A stretch of 64,000 nt of DNA from an uncultured delta proteobacterium (GCA_963804955.1 CAWDSQ010000005.1:32001-96000); one strand, 5' to 3'; positions 1 to 9,615 are shown, counted from the first letter of the stretch. Numbers and translations are program-made. The notes: a model not told the origin generated them from the sequence alone.

Positions 1-449
1 TACTCATGATGACGCCCGAGCAGTGGCGCGAGGTTATTGAGATTAATCTGTACGGCGCGTTTCACTGCACCAAGGCCGTGGCGCAGCAGATGATGTTTCA
101 GAAATACGGCCGCATCATAAATATTTCCTCCATCGCCGGCTCGAGCCCCGGCCGCGGCCACGCAAATTATGCAGCCTCCAAGGGGGGTGTGAACGCCTTC
201 ACGCGCGCTGCCGCAGTGGAGCTGGCGCCTAAAAAGATAACGGTCAATGCCGTGGCGCCCGGCGTCATCGAGACCGAGATGAGCGCCGAGGTAATGCGGC
301 GGGCAAAGGACCTGGTGATGGAGCATATACCGCTCAAGCGCCTGGGCACGGCAGAGGATGTGGCCCGCATGGTCGCCTTTCTTGCATCCGATGATGCCGC
401 CTACATAACCGGTCAGATTTTTAATGTCGACGGCGGCTTTCGAGGGTAA
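1..449 (+). CDS. fabG: 3-oxoacyl-ACP reductase (SDR), 5' end outside window
   Basis: SDR catalytic YxxxK (NYAASKGG), NAVAPG-I-T-M and C-terminal YITGQIFNVDGG; lies next to ACP, acpS and fabF. Confidence 0.9.
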   Translation, partial: LMMTPEQWREVIEINLYGAFHCTKAVAQQMMFQKYGRIINISSIAGSSPGRGHANYAASKGGVNAFTRAAAVELAPKKITVNAVAPGVIETEMSAEVMRRAKDLVMEHIPLKRLGTAEDVARMVAFLASDDAAYITGQIFNVDGGFRG

Positions 450-521
450 TACGCCGCGCCTGAGCGGTGTCGGCAGTATATATCTGTCAGAACAACAGTG
501 AAGACTGAAAAGGAGCTTGCA

Positions 522-920
522 ATGGAAGAAAAAGAGATTTTCGAGAAAGTGAAAGACGCAATTGTTGATGCCCTTGGCGTTGATGATGATGAGGTCAGTG
601 CCGAATCGTCGCTGTTTGACGATCTGGGCGCAGAGTCTCTCGATCTGCTTGACATCGTTTTTCGCCTTGAAAAAAATTTCGGCATCAAAATTCCCCGCGG
701 CGCCATGGTGCAGGATATGCTTGCCGCTGAAGGCGTCAAGGAGTCAGACGTGCTGGTTGACGGCGCCGTCACCGAGCTGGGCGCCAGGCTGCTGCGCGAG
801 CGCATGTCAGAGGTGAAGCCCGAGAAGATACAGGCAGGGTTCCGCATTGATGATATCCCGACTCTTTTTACGGTACAGACCTTCGTCAAGCTCGTCAAGG
901 AGCAGCTGGCCGCCAAGTAA
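522..920 (+). CDS. Acyl carrier protein with a long internal insertion (132 aa)
   Basis: Phosphopantetheine motif DDLGAESLDLLDIVFRLEKNFGIKIP and terminal TVQTFVKLV helix; AGGAG RBS before ATG 522. Confidence 0.88.
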   Translation: MEEKEIFEKVKDAIVDALGVDDDEVSAESSLFDDLGAESLDLLDIVFRLEKNFGIKIPRGAMVQDMLAAEGVKESDVLVDGAVTELGARLLRERMSEVKPEKIQAGFRIDDIPTLFTVQTFVKLVKEQLAAK

Positions 921-941
921 GCGCGGCGCAGGGGCGCAGCC

Positions 942-1310
942 ATGCGTGTGGGAACCGACATTACCGAGGTCAGTCGCATCCGTGAGCTTATGGGCAGGCA
1001 TGCCGGGTTCCGCGCTGCGGTGTTCACCCCGCAGGAGATCGACTACTGCGAGAGCAAGCGGCACACCTACGAGCATTATGCCGCCAGGTTTGCCGTGAAG
1101 GAAAGCGTTATGAAGGCTGTGGGCAGGGGCTGGCTGCAGGGGCTGGAATGGACGGACATCGAGGTCGTGCGCCGTGCTTCGGGCGAGCCTTCCATAGCGG
1201 CCCACGGTTCGCTGCTGGCGGCGATGCAGCAACTGGGCATCGGCGATTTTGCCGTTTCTCTGTCTCATTGCCGCAGTCATGCAACAGCAGTGGTCATTGC
1301 TGTGCACTGA
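942..1310 (+). CDS. acpS: Holo-ACP synthase (4'-phosphopantetheinyl transferase)
   Basis: VGTDI, FTPQEIDYC, AARFAVKESVMKA and VSLSH motifs. Confidence 0.93.
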   Translation: MRVGTDITEVSRIRELMGRHAGFRAAVFTPQEIDYCESKRHTYEHYAARFAVKESVMKAVGRGWLQGLEWTDIEVVRRASGEPSIAAHGSLLAAMQQLGIGDFAVSLSHCRSHATAVVIAVH

Positions 1311-1518
1311 TGACAGGGCTGGCAGCGTGCCCGGCGCGGTCCGGTAAGAGCATCCGTCCCTGTTCGACATTTTTTTAATGCGCAGCGTAAGGACAAAGCC
1401 CCGCAAAAGCGGGGCGAAAAAATTCCCCCTGTAGCAAAGGGGGATGAAATTAACATGTTTTTTTCTTTAAAATTAATATTGTCCCCTTGTGTATGGGGAG
1501 CTGTGTAAAAGCTGACAT

Positions 1519-2814
1519 ATGAAACGACGCATCGTCATTACCGGCATGGGGACCATTACCCCCCTGGGCACAACCCTGAAGGCAACCTGGGACGGCGTGG
1601 TGAACGGCCGTTCAGGCATCGGTCCGGTCGCGCTTTTTGACGCATCGAAATTCCCCGTGCGGATCGCCGGCGAGGTCAGGGGCTTTACCTGCGATATCTC
1701 GGCGATTCCGGAGGATATGCGCGCTTTGCCGGGCCGCAGCGCATTGTTCTGCCTGTCGGCGGCGCATGAGGCGCTGCAGGATGCCGGGCTTGATATGGGC
1801 CGCGAGAATCCGCTCCGGGTCGGCATCTCTCTGGGCGCAGACGAGGAGACGCAGCTTTTTCAAGCGATCAGCACCCTGTATGATAAGCCTCTGGAGCTCC
1901 GTGCGCTTGCCGGGGGAATGCCTCTTTTTGTTGAATGCCTCGAGCATTCGTCCCTGGCCGGGCAGCGGTGGTCATTCAAGCGAAAAGCCGATATCGCTAC
2001 CAAGCTGCTTGCCATTACCTGCGGCATAGAGGGCCCCGCCGATACGTCCCATACAGCCTGCTCCTCAAGCGGCCATGCCATCGGCAAGGCCAAGCGCATG
2101 ATCGAAAACGGTGACTGCGATGCTGTCATCACGGGCGGGCACTGCGCCATGATCAACGAATTCAGCGTTGCCGGGTTTTATCTGCTGGGCACGCTTTCTA
2201 CGCGCAATGACGAGCCGCAGCGGGCAAGCCGCCCGTTTGATCTTGACCGCGACGGCTTTGTTATCGGCGAGGGTGCAGGTATCATGGTTCTCGAAGAGCT
2301 TGAGCACGCACGAAAGCGCGGGGCGCACATCTACGCCGAACTTGCGGGGTACGGGTCGTCATCGAATGCATACCGCCTGACCGATACGCCTCCCGACGGC
2401 AAAGGAGGAGATATAGCCATGCAGCGGGCCCTTGAGGACGCAGGTATCGAACCCTCACGCGTGGGCTATATCAATGCTCACGGCACAAGCACGCTGCTCA
2501 ACGACCGCAGCGAGACCCTTGCCATCAAGCATGTTTTCGGCCAGGGTGCGCACAAAATTCCGGTCAGCTCCAGCAAGTCGATGATCGGCCACCTGGTCTG
2601 CGCTTCATCCGCAGCGGAGCTTATCATCACCGTCATGGCTGTCAAAGACAATATCATTCCGCCCACGATCAACCTGGAGAATCCCGACCCGCTCTGCGAT
2701 CTTGACTATGTGCCCAACACGGCCCGCAGGCAGGAGCTGGGAGCGGCTCTGTCAAACTCATTTGCTTTCGGCGGCCAGAACGCCAGCCTGATAGTTGCTA
2801 AATTCAAAGGCTGA
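1519..2814 (+). CDS. fabF: Beta-ketoacyl-ACP synthase II family
   Basis: RRIVITGMG start; catalytic Cys in TACSS, His in NAHGTST and SMIGHL; NSFAFGGQN end. Confidence 0.92.
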   Translation: MKRRIVITGMGTITPLGTTLKATWDGVVNGRSGIGPVALFDASKFPVRIAGEVRGFTCDISAIPEDMRALPGRSALFCLSAAHEALQDAGLDMGRENPLRVGISLGADEETQLFQAISTLYDKPLELRALAGGMPLFVECLEHSSLAGQRWSFKRKADIATKLLAITCGIEGPADTSHTACSSSGHAIGKAKRMIENGDCDAVITGGHCAMINEFSVAGFYLLGTLSTRNDEPQRASRPFDLDRDGFVIGEGAGIMVLEELEHARKRGAHIYAELAGYGSSSNAYRLTDTPPDGKGGDIAMQRALEDAGIEPSRVGYINAHGTSTLLNDRSETLAIKHVFGQGAHKIPVSSSKSMIGHLVCASSAAELIITVMAVKDNIIPPTINLENPDPLCDLDYVPNTARRQELGAALSNSFAFGGQNASLIVAKFKG

Positions 2815-2888
2815 GCATCGATTGTCCGCAGTGCGGCAGGACACCGCACTGCCCCGTGAACCGTATATGCACAAGAAGGGACGAGCGT

Positions 2889-3824
2889 ATGAGATTTCTC
2901 ATGGTTGACCGCATTTGTGAGCTTTCGCGCGGAACAAGCGCCCGCGGCATCAAGAACATTTCCTGGGATCATGAGTTTCTTGATGAATATGTTCCCGGAG
3001 TCCCGGTCTTTTCCCCTGTTTTGCTCACCGAGTCGGTTGCGCAGCTGATTTCATGGGCCATTATCGAGGCCAAAGACTTTACCGTCAAGCCGGTGATCAC
3101 CATTCTGGACAGCTATGTCTGCACGGGCCATCCCCGGCCGGGCGATCAGCTCGAGCTCACCGGCGCCATCGAAAGCCTCAGCCCGGAGAGCGCCCTTGCC
3201 CACGGCACAATTCTTTTAAACGGCAGGCCGATTATTGAGCTTGGGCATGCGGTCTGCTACCTGTATCCGCTGCAGGAGCTTGACCCGCCCGAGCGGGCGC
3301 GCCGGCAGTTCGAGAACCTCTACATAGCCGGGCACCCGCTGCCTGCGGCGCAGCCGGCTGCTCCTGTGGGGCCCTTTGTTGAGCAGAGCTTTGCCAGCCG
3401 CCGGCGCTGGCTGGACCGCATTATTGAAACCGGCGACAGCAGCAAGCTGCAGGGCATAAAAAATGTTACCGCTACCGATGACTGCTTCAACGACCATTTC
3501 CCGCTCAAGCCCGTTCTGCCCGGCGTTGCGATCATGGAGGCGCAGCACAGCCTTGCCCGCGAGCTTGCCCTGCGCCAGCTTGCCGAGCGCGGCCTGACCG
3601 AGAGCTTTCCTGTTCTCTGCCGGGCGGAGAAGGTGAAGTTTCGCCTTTTTGTTCAGCCGGGGGACCAGATGGTGGTGGAGGCGACGGTGAAATCTTTTTC
3701 CGACGGCCAGTGCTCCGTGGCCACGCGGGTGACCGTGGGCGGCAAAAACGCCGCCAGCGTGCTGCTGCATTTCGAGCTGCCCGAACGCGCCGCCTATCTG
3801 CAAAAATATATTCTCGGCAGGTGA
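2889..3824 (+). CDS. Tandem (double) hot-dog FabZ/FabA-like 3-hydroxyacyl-ACP dehydratase
   Basis: Two FabZ-like repeats (FLMVDRI...GIKNI and WLDRI...GIKNV); second has HFPLKPVLPGVAIMEA and VKFRLFVQPGD. Confidence 0.82.
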   Translation: MRFLMVDRICELSRGTSARGIKNISWDHEFLDEYVPGVPVFSPVLLTESVAQLISWAIIEAKDFTVKPVITILDSYVCTGHPRPGDQLELTGAIESLSPESALAHGTILLNGRPIIELGHAVCYLYPLQELDPPERARRQFENLYIAGHPLPAAQPAAPVGPFVEQSFASRRRWLDRIIETGDSSKLQGIKNVTATDDCFNDHFPLKPVLPGVAIMEAQHSLARELALRQLAERGLTESFPVLCRAEKVKFRLFVQPGDQMVVEATVKSFSDGQCSVATRVTVGGKNAASVLLHFELPERAAYLQKYILGR

Positions 3825-3870
3825 GCTTGCAGCCCGCCCGGGCAGCCAAAAGGCCCGGGAGAGAATTTGA

Positions 3871-3899
3871 TTGACAGGAAAGCCCATATCCTGTAATAA
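3871..3899 (+). promoter_or_regulatory. Putative sigma70 promoter of rpoZ
   Basis: TTGACA-17 bp-TAATAA upstream of the GGAGG RBS; -10 match is weak. Confidence 0.4.
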
Positions 3900-3945
3900 A
3901 TAGAATCCTTCCAGTTCCTCACAAAGAATCATACGGAGGTCATTG

Positions 3946-4182
3946 ATGGCACGCATTACCGTTGAAGATTGTCTGAGCAATATTGAAAACCGTTTTATCC
4001 TGGTGCATATGGCAAGCCAGCGCACCCGCCAGCTGCTCAAGGGCGCCACCCCCCTTGTCGCCGCACCTGACAACCGCGAGGTTGTACAGTCGCTGCGTGA
4101 AATCGCAGCAGGCAAGGTGAGGCTGACCGAGGCCACCATAACCCGCCTTCAAGAGATGGATATCCTGGATTCCAAGAGCTGA
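3946..4182 (+). CDS. rpoZ: RNA polymerase omega subunit
   Basis: [10 protein letters not shown]...NRFILV...QRTRQL...[18 protein letters not shown]. Confidence 0.95.
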   Translation: MARITVEDCLSNIENRFILVHMASQRTRQLLKGATPLVAAPDNREVVQSLREIAAGKVRLTEATITRLQEMDILDSKS

Positions 4183-4225
4183 CACTGCCGCCACAGGCTC
4201 TGGCAGCGAAGAAGAGTACAACAAG

Positions 4226-4247
4226 GCCGCTCCCAGCGGCTTTTTTT
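4226..4247 (+). terminator. Intrinsic terminator after rpoZ
   Basis: GCCGCT-CCC-AGCGGC stem-loop followed by T7. Confidence 0.75.
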
Positions 4248-4254
4248 ATTGCCC

Positions 4255-4283
4255 TTGACAGAGACGCGGCGCCTTTATAAGAT
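4255..4283 (+). promoter_or_regulatory. Putative sigma70 promoter of the gmhA operon
   Basis: TTGACA-17 bp-TAAGAT. Confidence 0.55.
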
Positions 4284-4309
4284 GGGCTGCACAGTATTCA
4301 GGGAGCACT

Positions 4310-4894
4310 ATGGAAATCACGGGACGCACTATTATTCACGAGGCAGCACGGGATATTGCCCGGTGCGCAGCAGACAATGCCGGCATCATAGCGCGCATGG
4401 CAGAAGCCCTGATCGCCTGCTTTGAGCGTGGCGGCAAGGTTCTTATCTGCGGCAACGGGGGCAGCGCAGCCGAGGCGCAGCACTTTGCCGCTGAATTTAT
4501 AAACAAGATTTTTACCTTCCGCAAAGCCCTTCCCGCCCTTGCGCTCACAACCGATTCGTCCGCCATTACCAGCATCGGCAATGATCTTGCCTTTGAAGAT
4601 ATTTTTTCCCGTCAGGTTGAAGCCCTGGGCAGCAGGGGGGACATGCTCTGGGGCCTGAGCACAAGCGGCCGGTCTGCCAATGTCATCAAGGCTTTTGCCG
4701 CAGCGCGAGCAGCCGGGCTTACCTGTATAGCTTTCTGCGGCAAGCCGGGCAGCGACATGGAAGCGCAGGCCGACATCAGTCTGACAGTTGCATCCGGCAA
4801 CACAGCCCGCATCCAGGAGGTGCATCTGGTGGCGGGGCATGTGCTCTGCGAGCTGGTTGAGCAGCACTATTGCAGGAAAGGGCAGCCCGCCTGA
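4310..4894 (+). CDS. gmhA: Phosphoheptose isomerase (SIS domain)
   Basis: ICGNGGSAAEAQHFAAE, TSIGND, FSRQVEALG, LSTSG and ARIQEVH motifs. Confidence 0.93.
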   Translation: MEITGRTIIHEAARDIARCAADNAGIIARMAEALIACFERGGKVLICGNGGSAAEAQHFAAEFINKIFTFRKALPALALTTDSSAITSIGNDLAFEDIFSRQVEALGSRGDMLWGLSTSGRSANVIKAFAAARAAGLTCIAFCGKPGSDMEAQADISLTVASGNTARIQEVHLVAGHVLCELVEQHYCRKGQPA

Positions 4895-4939
4895 GCATTC
4901 ACGGGACTTGTTTTATACCTACGAGAGAGGGGGATACGA

Positions 4940-5317
4940 ATGGAACGCAGCATCACAATAACCTCCGGCGCAGTGCACATCGGCGGCGTGCTGTCCTCAA
5001 GCCCGACTGCGGATGCCGTCTGGAACTGCCTGCCCCTGCATGCTTCGGTCAGCACCTGGGGAGATGAAATTTATTTCAGCATTCCGGTGAAGGTTGACCT
5101 TGAAGACGATGCTAAAGACATCGTCGAGATTGGCGATATGGGCTACTGGCCATCGGGAGCGGCGTTCTGCATTTTTTTCGGCCCCACGCCCGTCAGCAGG
5201 CCGGGCGAGATCAGGCCTGCGAGCGCGGTGAATGTTTTCGGCAAAGTCACCGGCGATACGGCTGCCTTGAAACAGATCACCGAGGGCAGCGCCATAACCA
5301 TTGCAAAGGCCGAATAA
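4940..5317 (+). CDS. Cyclophilin-like fold protein
   Basis: TWGDEIYF, GDMGYWPSGAAFCIFFGPTP, ASAVNVFG typical of the Cyclophil_like family. Confidence 0.8.
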   Translation: MERSITITSGAVHIGGVLSSSPTADAVWNCLPLHASVSTWGDEIYFSIPVKVDLEDDAKDIVEIGDMGYWPSGAAFCIFFGPTPVSRPGEIRPASAVNVFGKVTGDTAALKQITEGSAITIAKAE

Positions 5318-5878
5318 ATGCCCCGGCCCGCCCTGCGTCCGAACATGCTGCTGGCAACCGGCTTTGGCGCAGGGTATGTTCCCATTGCCCCGGGCACGGC
5401 AGGATCTGCCGTGGGCGTTCTGCTTTTTTATCTTCTGTCACCCCTGCCGCCCGCCTGGTATCTTGCCATAACCGTCTTCGTAACGCTTGGCGCCATCTGG
5501 TTCTCCGGTAAAGCTGAAAAAATTCTCGGCACGAATGATCCCCCGCAGGTTGTCATTGATGAAATCGCCGGACAGCTTATTACCCTTGCCCTGCTGCCCC
5601 CGGACTGGAAATATATGCTTGCCGGCTTTCTGCTGTTCCGGCTGCTTGATATCATAAAGCCCTGGCCGGCAAATAAAATAAACAGGGATATGCATGGAGG
5701 CGCGGGCATAGTGCTTGATGATGTGGTTGCGGGCATATATGCAAACCTTCTGCTGCAGATTGCACGGGCAGTATCAGGGTATATCGCCTGCGACCGGAAT
5801 AATGTTTCTGTAGCATGTTTTAATTGCGGCCCAATGAAAAGATTGGAGGCAAATGAAAGAATACAAAGCAATATTTGA
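5318..5878 (+). CDS. pgpA: Phosphatidylglycerophosphatase A (C-terminus apparently extended)
   Basis: APGTAGS, DPPQVVIDEIAGQ, FRLLDIIKPWP, GIVLDDVVAG; ~35 extra residues run into the next gene. Confidence 0.9.
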   Translation: MPRPALRPNMLLATGFGAGYVPIAPGTAGSAVGVLLFYLLSPLPPAWYLAITVFVTLGAIWFSGKAEKILGTNDPPQVVIDEIAGQLITLALLPPDWKYMLAGFLLFRLLDIIKPWPANKINRDMHGGAGIVLDDVVAGIYANLLLQIARAVSGYIACDRNNVSVACFNCGPMKRLEANERIQSNI

Positions 5879-6632
5879 AAAAATCGAAGCAACACTCATC
5901 GATACTGGTTCTGCTAATACCCCTGCTGATGAAATCAGGACTAAACTTAATGCATTTAAGAAAGTTGAGGGCAGTACTTTTTCCGACGCTGAATATTATT
6001 GGATACTGGTATATGTTATTTTCTATTCAGGGTTTAGGGCCGCAACGGTTACTGGCAAGCTGGAGCTGATCCGCAGTTGCTTTCCTGATTATCAAACTGT
6101 TTCCAACTATGATACGGGCAAGATTGATGAAATACTTGCCAACCCCGCAATGATTAAAAACAGGCGTAAGATTGAAGCATGCGTACAAAACGCTCAGGTT
6201 TTCAAAAATATCGTCAGCGAATACGGTTCTTTTAAAGCATATATAGACTCCTTTTTCCCTTTAGCCTCTTTTGAAAACCTGATGCTTTTAAAAGAAGAGT
6301 TGGAATACCGCTTTTCTGGCCTGGGAAGAATTACGACCTACCATGTCCTGACGGATATCGGCATGCCGGTAATTAAACCGGACAGGGTCATTTGCCTTAT
6401 ATTTACGAGACTGGGGTTTATTGAAGGCGAAGAACAGCTTCTGAAAACTGTCATTCAGGGCCGAAAGTTTGCCGAAGCCACCGGCCATCCCATCCGCTAC
6501 ATCGATATTGTTTTCGTTGCCTATGGCCAAGTTCAATCCAGGGAATACGGCTTGGAAAATGGCATTTGCCTTGAACAAAACCCATTGTGTTCAATTTGCG
6601 GCGTAACGGAACACTGCAATTACATCAACTGA
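5853..6632 (+). CDS. DNA-3-methyladenine glycosylase I-like / HhH glycosylase with C-terminal 4Fe-4S motif
   Basis: Tag-like FYSGF and IKNRRKIEA; HhH-like FSGLGRITTYHVL followed by KPD; C-x6-C-x2-C-x5-C (CLEQNPLCSICGVTEHC). Confidence 0.72.
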   Translation: MKEYKAIFEKIEATLIDTGSANTPADEIRTKLNAFKKVEGSTFSDAEYYWILVYVIFYSGFRAATVTGKLELIRSCFPDYQTVSNYDTGKIDEILANPAMIKNRRKIEACVQNAQVFKNIVSEYGSFKAYIDSFFPLASFENLMLLKEELEYRFSGLGRITTYHVLTDIGMPVIKPDRVICLIFTRLGFIEGEEQLLKTVIQGRKFAEATGHPIRYIDIVFVAYGQVQSREYGLENGICLEQNPLCSICGVTEHCNYIN

Positions 6633-6699
6633 TGCCTTTTTGCAATTCAGACTGCACCACCCTATGAGCCAAGTAAAAGAGATTTTTTCACTTAAACTA

Positions 6700-6729
6700 T
6701 TGACAATATAGTTCTAAATTGGCTATATT
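6700..6729 (+). promoter_or_regulatory. Sigma70 promoter overlapped by an inverted repeat (putative operator)
   Basis: TTGACA (6700-6705) and TATATT (18-bp spacer); AATATAG (6705-6711) pairs with CTATATT (6723-6729). Confidence 0.5.
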
Positions 6730-6776
6730 ATCTATTGAAAGTGTTTTTTTCTCATTAAAAGCCTTGGGAGGGCGTG

Positions 6777-8102
6777 ATGATATTAAGTTTTTCTGTTGAA
6801 AACTGGATGTCTTTTCAGAAAAAGGTTTGTTTTTCCATGGTTGCAAGCCGGGAAAAACAACATCGGGAACGTGTTCCTCGTGCTGAAAAATACCAAACCA
6901 GTATTCTTCCAATTGCCGCTATTTATGGCGGCAATGCATCAGGCAAGACAAATCTTTTTAAGGCATTGAACTTTGCAAAGTTACTTGTCGTGAGGGGAAC
7001 ACAGCCCGATAGTCTGATACCGGTTGAATTTTTCCGCCTGGATTCGAAAAGTTCGGAACTCCCGGTTCGTTTTGCATTTGAGATTCTTGTGAATGAAATT
7101 ATTTATGAGTTCAGCTTTGCCGTGACCCGGAAATCAGTGGTAGAGGAAAAACTGGTAGAGATTTCAAGCACCAGTGAGAAGATTTTATACAACCGTAGAA
7201 ATAATCAATGTGAGTTTGACCGTAGTTTTACGAATAACGATTTTCTCAAGTTTGCCTTTCAGGGCACACGGGATAATCAACTGTTTTTGACAAATGCAGT
7301 CTCTCAAAAGGTTGAGACCTTTAAACCGATTTATGACTGGTTTAAGGACACCTTGGAATTGGTTGCACCGGATACCCGATTCGCACCTTTGAACAATTTT
7401 TTGATGAGGCGCATAATTTATATGTAAAGATGAACACAATGTTGCCAAAGCTTGGATACTGGTATAAGCGCAGCTTAAAGGTGAGGATATCCCGTTTGCC
7501 AACATACCTCTGCCTGAACCAATAAAGCTAAAACTCCAGGAAGATGTCAAAGAGGGCATGACGGTTCGGTTTCTTAACAGAACCAAATGAGCGTTTCATA
7601 ATAACGCGTAAGAATGGCGAGTTGGCATCAAAAAAACTAGTGACCTACCATGCCAAGCAAGGATGGTAAAGAAGTAAAATTTGAGATGAGCCACGAATCG
7701 GATGGTTCTCAGCGGGTCATCGATCTTCTGCCCGCATTTCTGGAAATATCCGCCGAACGTTCAAAAAAAGTATATGTGATTGATGAAGTAGACCGGAGTA
7801 TGCATACGCTGCTGACAAGAAGCTTGCTGGAGGGTTATTTGCAAAATTGCTCTCCAGATAGCCGTGCACAGTTACTGTTTACGACACATGATGTTTTGTT
7901 GATGGATCAAAACATCTTGCGTCGAGATGAAATGTGGGTAACTGAGCGTGATGCCGATGGTGTTTCCAGTCTTTTATCTTTCAGCGACTATAAGCATATT
8001 AGGTATGATAAAGATATTCGCAAGAGTTATCTGCAGGGGCGTTTGGGCGGCATCCCTCGTATTTTATTGTGTGGCGGTTTTGCAAATACATGCAGTGACT
8101 GA
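6777..8102 (+). CDS. RloA-like AAA_21/ABC-type ATPase (several frameshifts near 7390-7650)
   Basis: [10 protein letters not shown] start, Walker A GGNASGKT, signature ESDGSQR, Walker B YVIDE, H-loop [14 protein letters not shown] end, spread over different frames. Confidence 0.8.
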
Positions 8103-8123
8103 TCACAACAAGGGGAATGCCTG

Positions 8124-8549
8124 ATGCCGCGCAAAAGGCGAAAATTTCAACGCCCACTCGGGGCAGCTGACGATACCGGAAATTGTTTGTGATAGCCGTT
8201 GAAGGGGCAAATACAGAACCTCAGTATTTTGCCCTTTTTAACGATCAGCAATCTGTCGTTAAAGTGAATTGTCTCAAGAGCAAACATGAGAGCTCACCGC
8301 CACAAGTGCTAAAGAGAATGGAACAGTATCTTAAAAAAGAATCTTTAAGATCAACAGATGAAGCATGGCTGGTATGCGACAAGGATCAGTGGAGAGATGA
8401 TCAACTGTTGCAGCTTCACGGCTGGTCACAAAAAAAGGCCAATTATGGTTTTGCTCTCAGCAATCCGAACTTTGAATACTGGTTGCTGCTTGCATTTTGA
8501 AGAAGGCAGTGGGGTTTCAAGTGCGCGCATGGCTTTGAAAAGGCAATAA
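8124..8549 (+). pseudogene. RloB-like (TOPRIM-related) protein, frameshifted and apparently 3'-truncated
   Basis: IAVEGANTEPQYF, WLVCDKD, LSNPNFEYWLLL(H)FE; stops about 17 codons later, shorter than typical RloB. Confidence 0.72.
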
Positions 8550-8877
8550 AAATAATCAATTCTTATTTAAAATAATTATTATTAAAATTTAAACAAGTTG
8601 TTTGGTGTGATAAGATTTGCCGATCATGCTCTGCGTGCATTCATTATGAACTTATTACGTGAAAAAATTCCGTTATAACTTCATAATAAGGCAAACGACT
8701 TTATTTTGTCAGCGGCTTGATTGCTTTTGCGCATAGATACAGGCGGTAACGGAATGACGTTGTGCATATCTGCGATTTGCTGTAAAACGAAAATCAATCA
8801 TTTTTCCCATATGGGGAAAATGGTTGTTATAAGTTTATAATCATAAACCGGAACAAATCTAACAGGGGTATTTTAAA

Positions 8878-9615
8878 ATGAACTTTGCGAAGCTTGATGA
8901 ATTAAAAGCAAAGCTTGATTCGTACCGCCCCCTGCCGCGGGAGATTGTGGAAAATCTGCATGAAGACCTGATTCTGCGCTGGACCTATAATTCCAATGCT
9001 ATTGAGGGCAATACCCTGACGCTCAAGGAAACCAAGGTGGCGCTTGAAGGTATAACCATAGGCGGCAAAACCATGCGGGAGCATTTCGAGGCGCATAAAT
9101 CACCGCGAAGCGATTCTTTTTGTTGAAGACTTAATTAAAAAGGCTGAACCGCTCACACAGTGGCAGATAAAGAGCCTGCACCAGCTCATTTTGAAAAATA
9201 TCGACGAGGAAAATGCCGGGAGTTATAGAACTGTGAATGTTGTCATTTCAGGGGCCACACATAAGCCGCCGGATCATGTGCTGGTGCCGAAGAAATGGAG
9301 CGCCTGGTCAACTGGTATGCCACCGATGGCATGCGCCTTCATCCGGTTGAGCGTGCCGCTCGCGTGCATGCCGATTTTGTGAAGATACACCCTTTTACCG
9401 ATGGCAATGGCCGCACAGCGCGCCTGCTTATGAATCTTGAACTCGTGAAGGCCGGTTTCCCGGCTGCCGTGCTGCCGGTTGAAAGAAGGCTGGCATATTA
9501 CGAAGCCCTCGACGCCGCGCATGTCCGTGGTGACGATGAGCCTTTCATGAGAATGATGGCGGAAATTGTTGAACAGAGTTTCGAGCCGTACTGGTTTGCC
9601 TTGGGTGTGAAGTGA
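8878..9615 (+). CDS. Fic family protein (frameshifts near 9095 and 9290)
   Basis: Catalytic HPFTDGNGRTAR; N-terminal autoinhibitory-type SNAIEGN. Confidence 0.87.

Noticed and set aside
1391..1444. c-di-GMP-I (GEMM) riboswitch call
   Set aside because: Lacks the GNRA tetraloop, the receptor and a P1 helix. Kept only as an unexplained hairpin pair.
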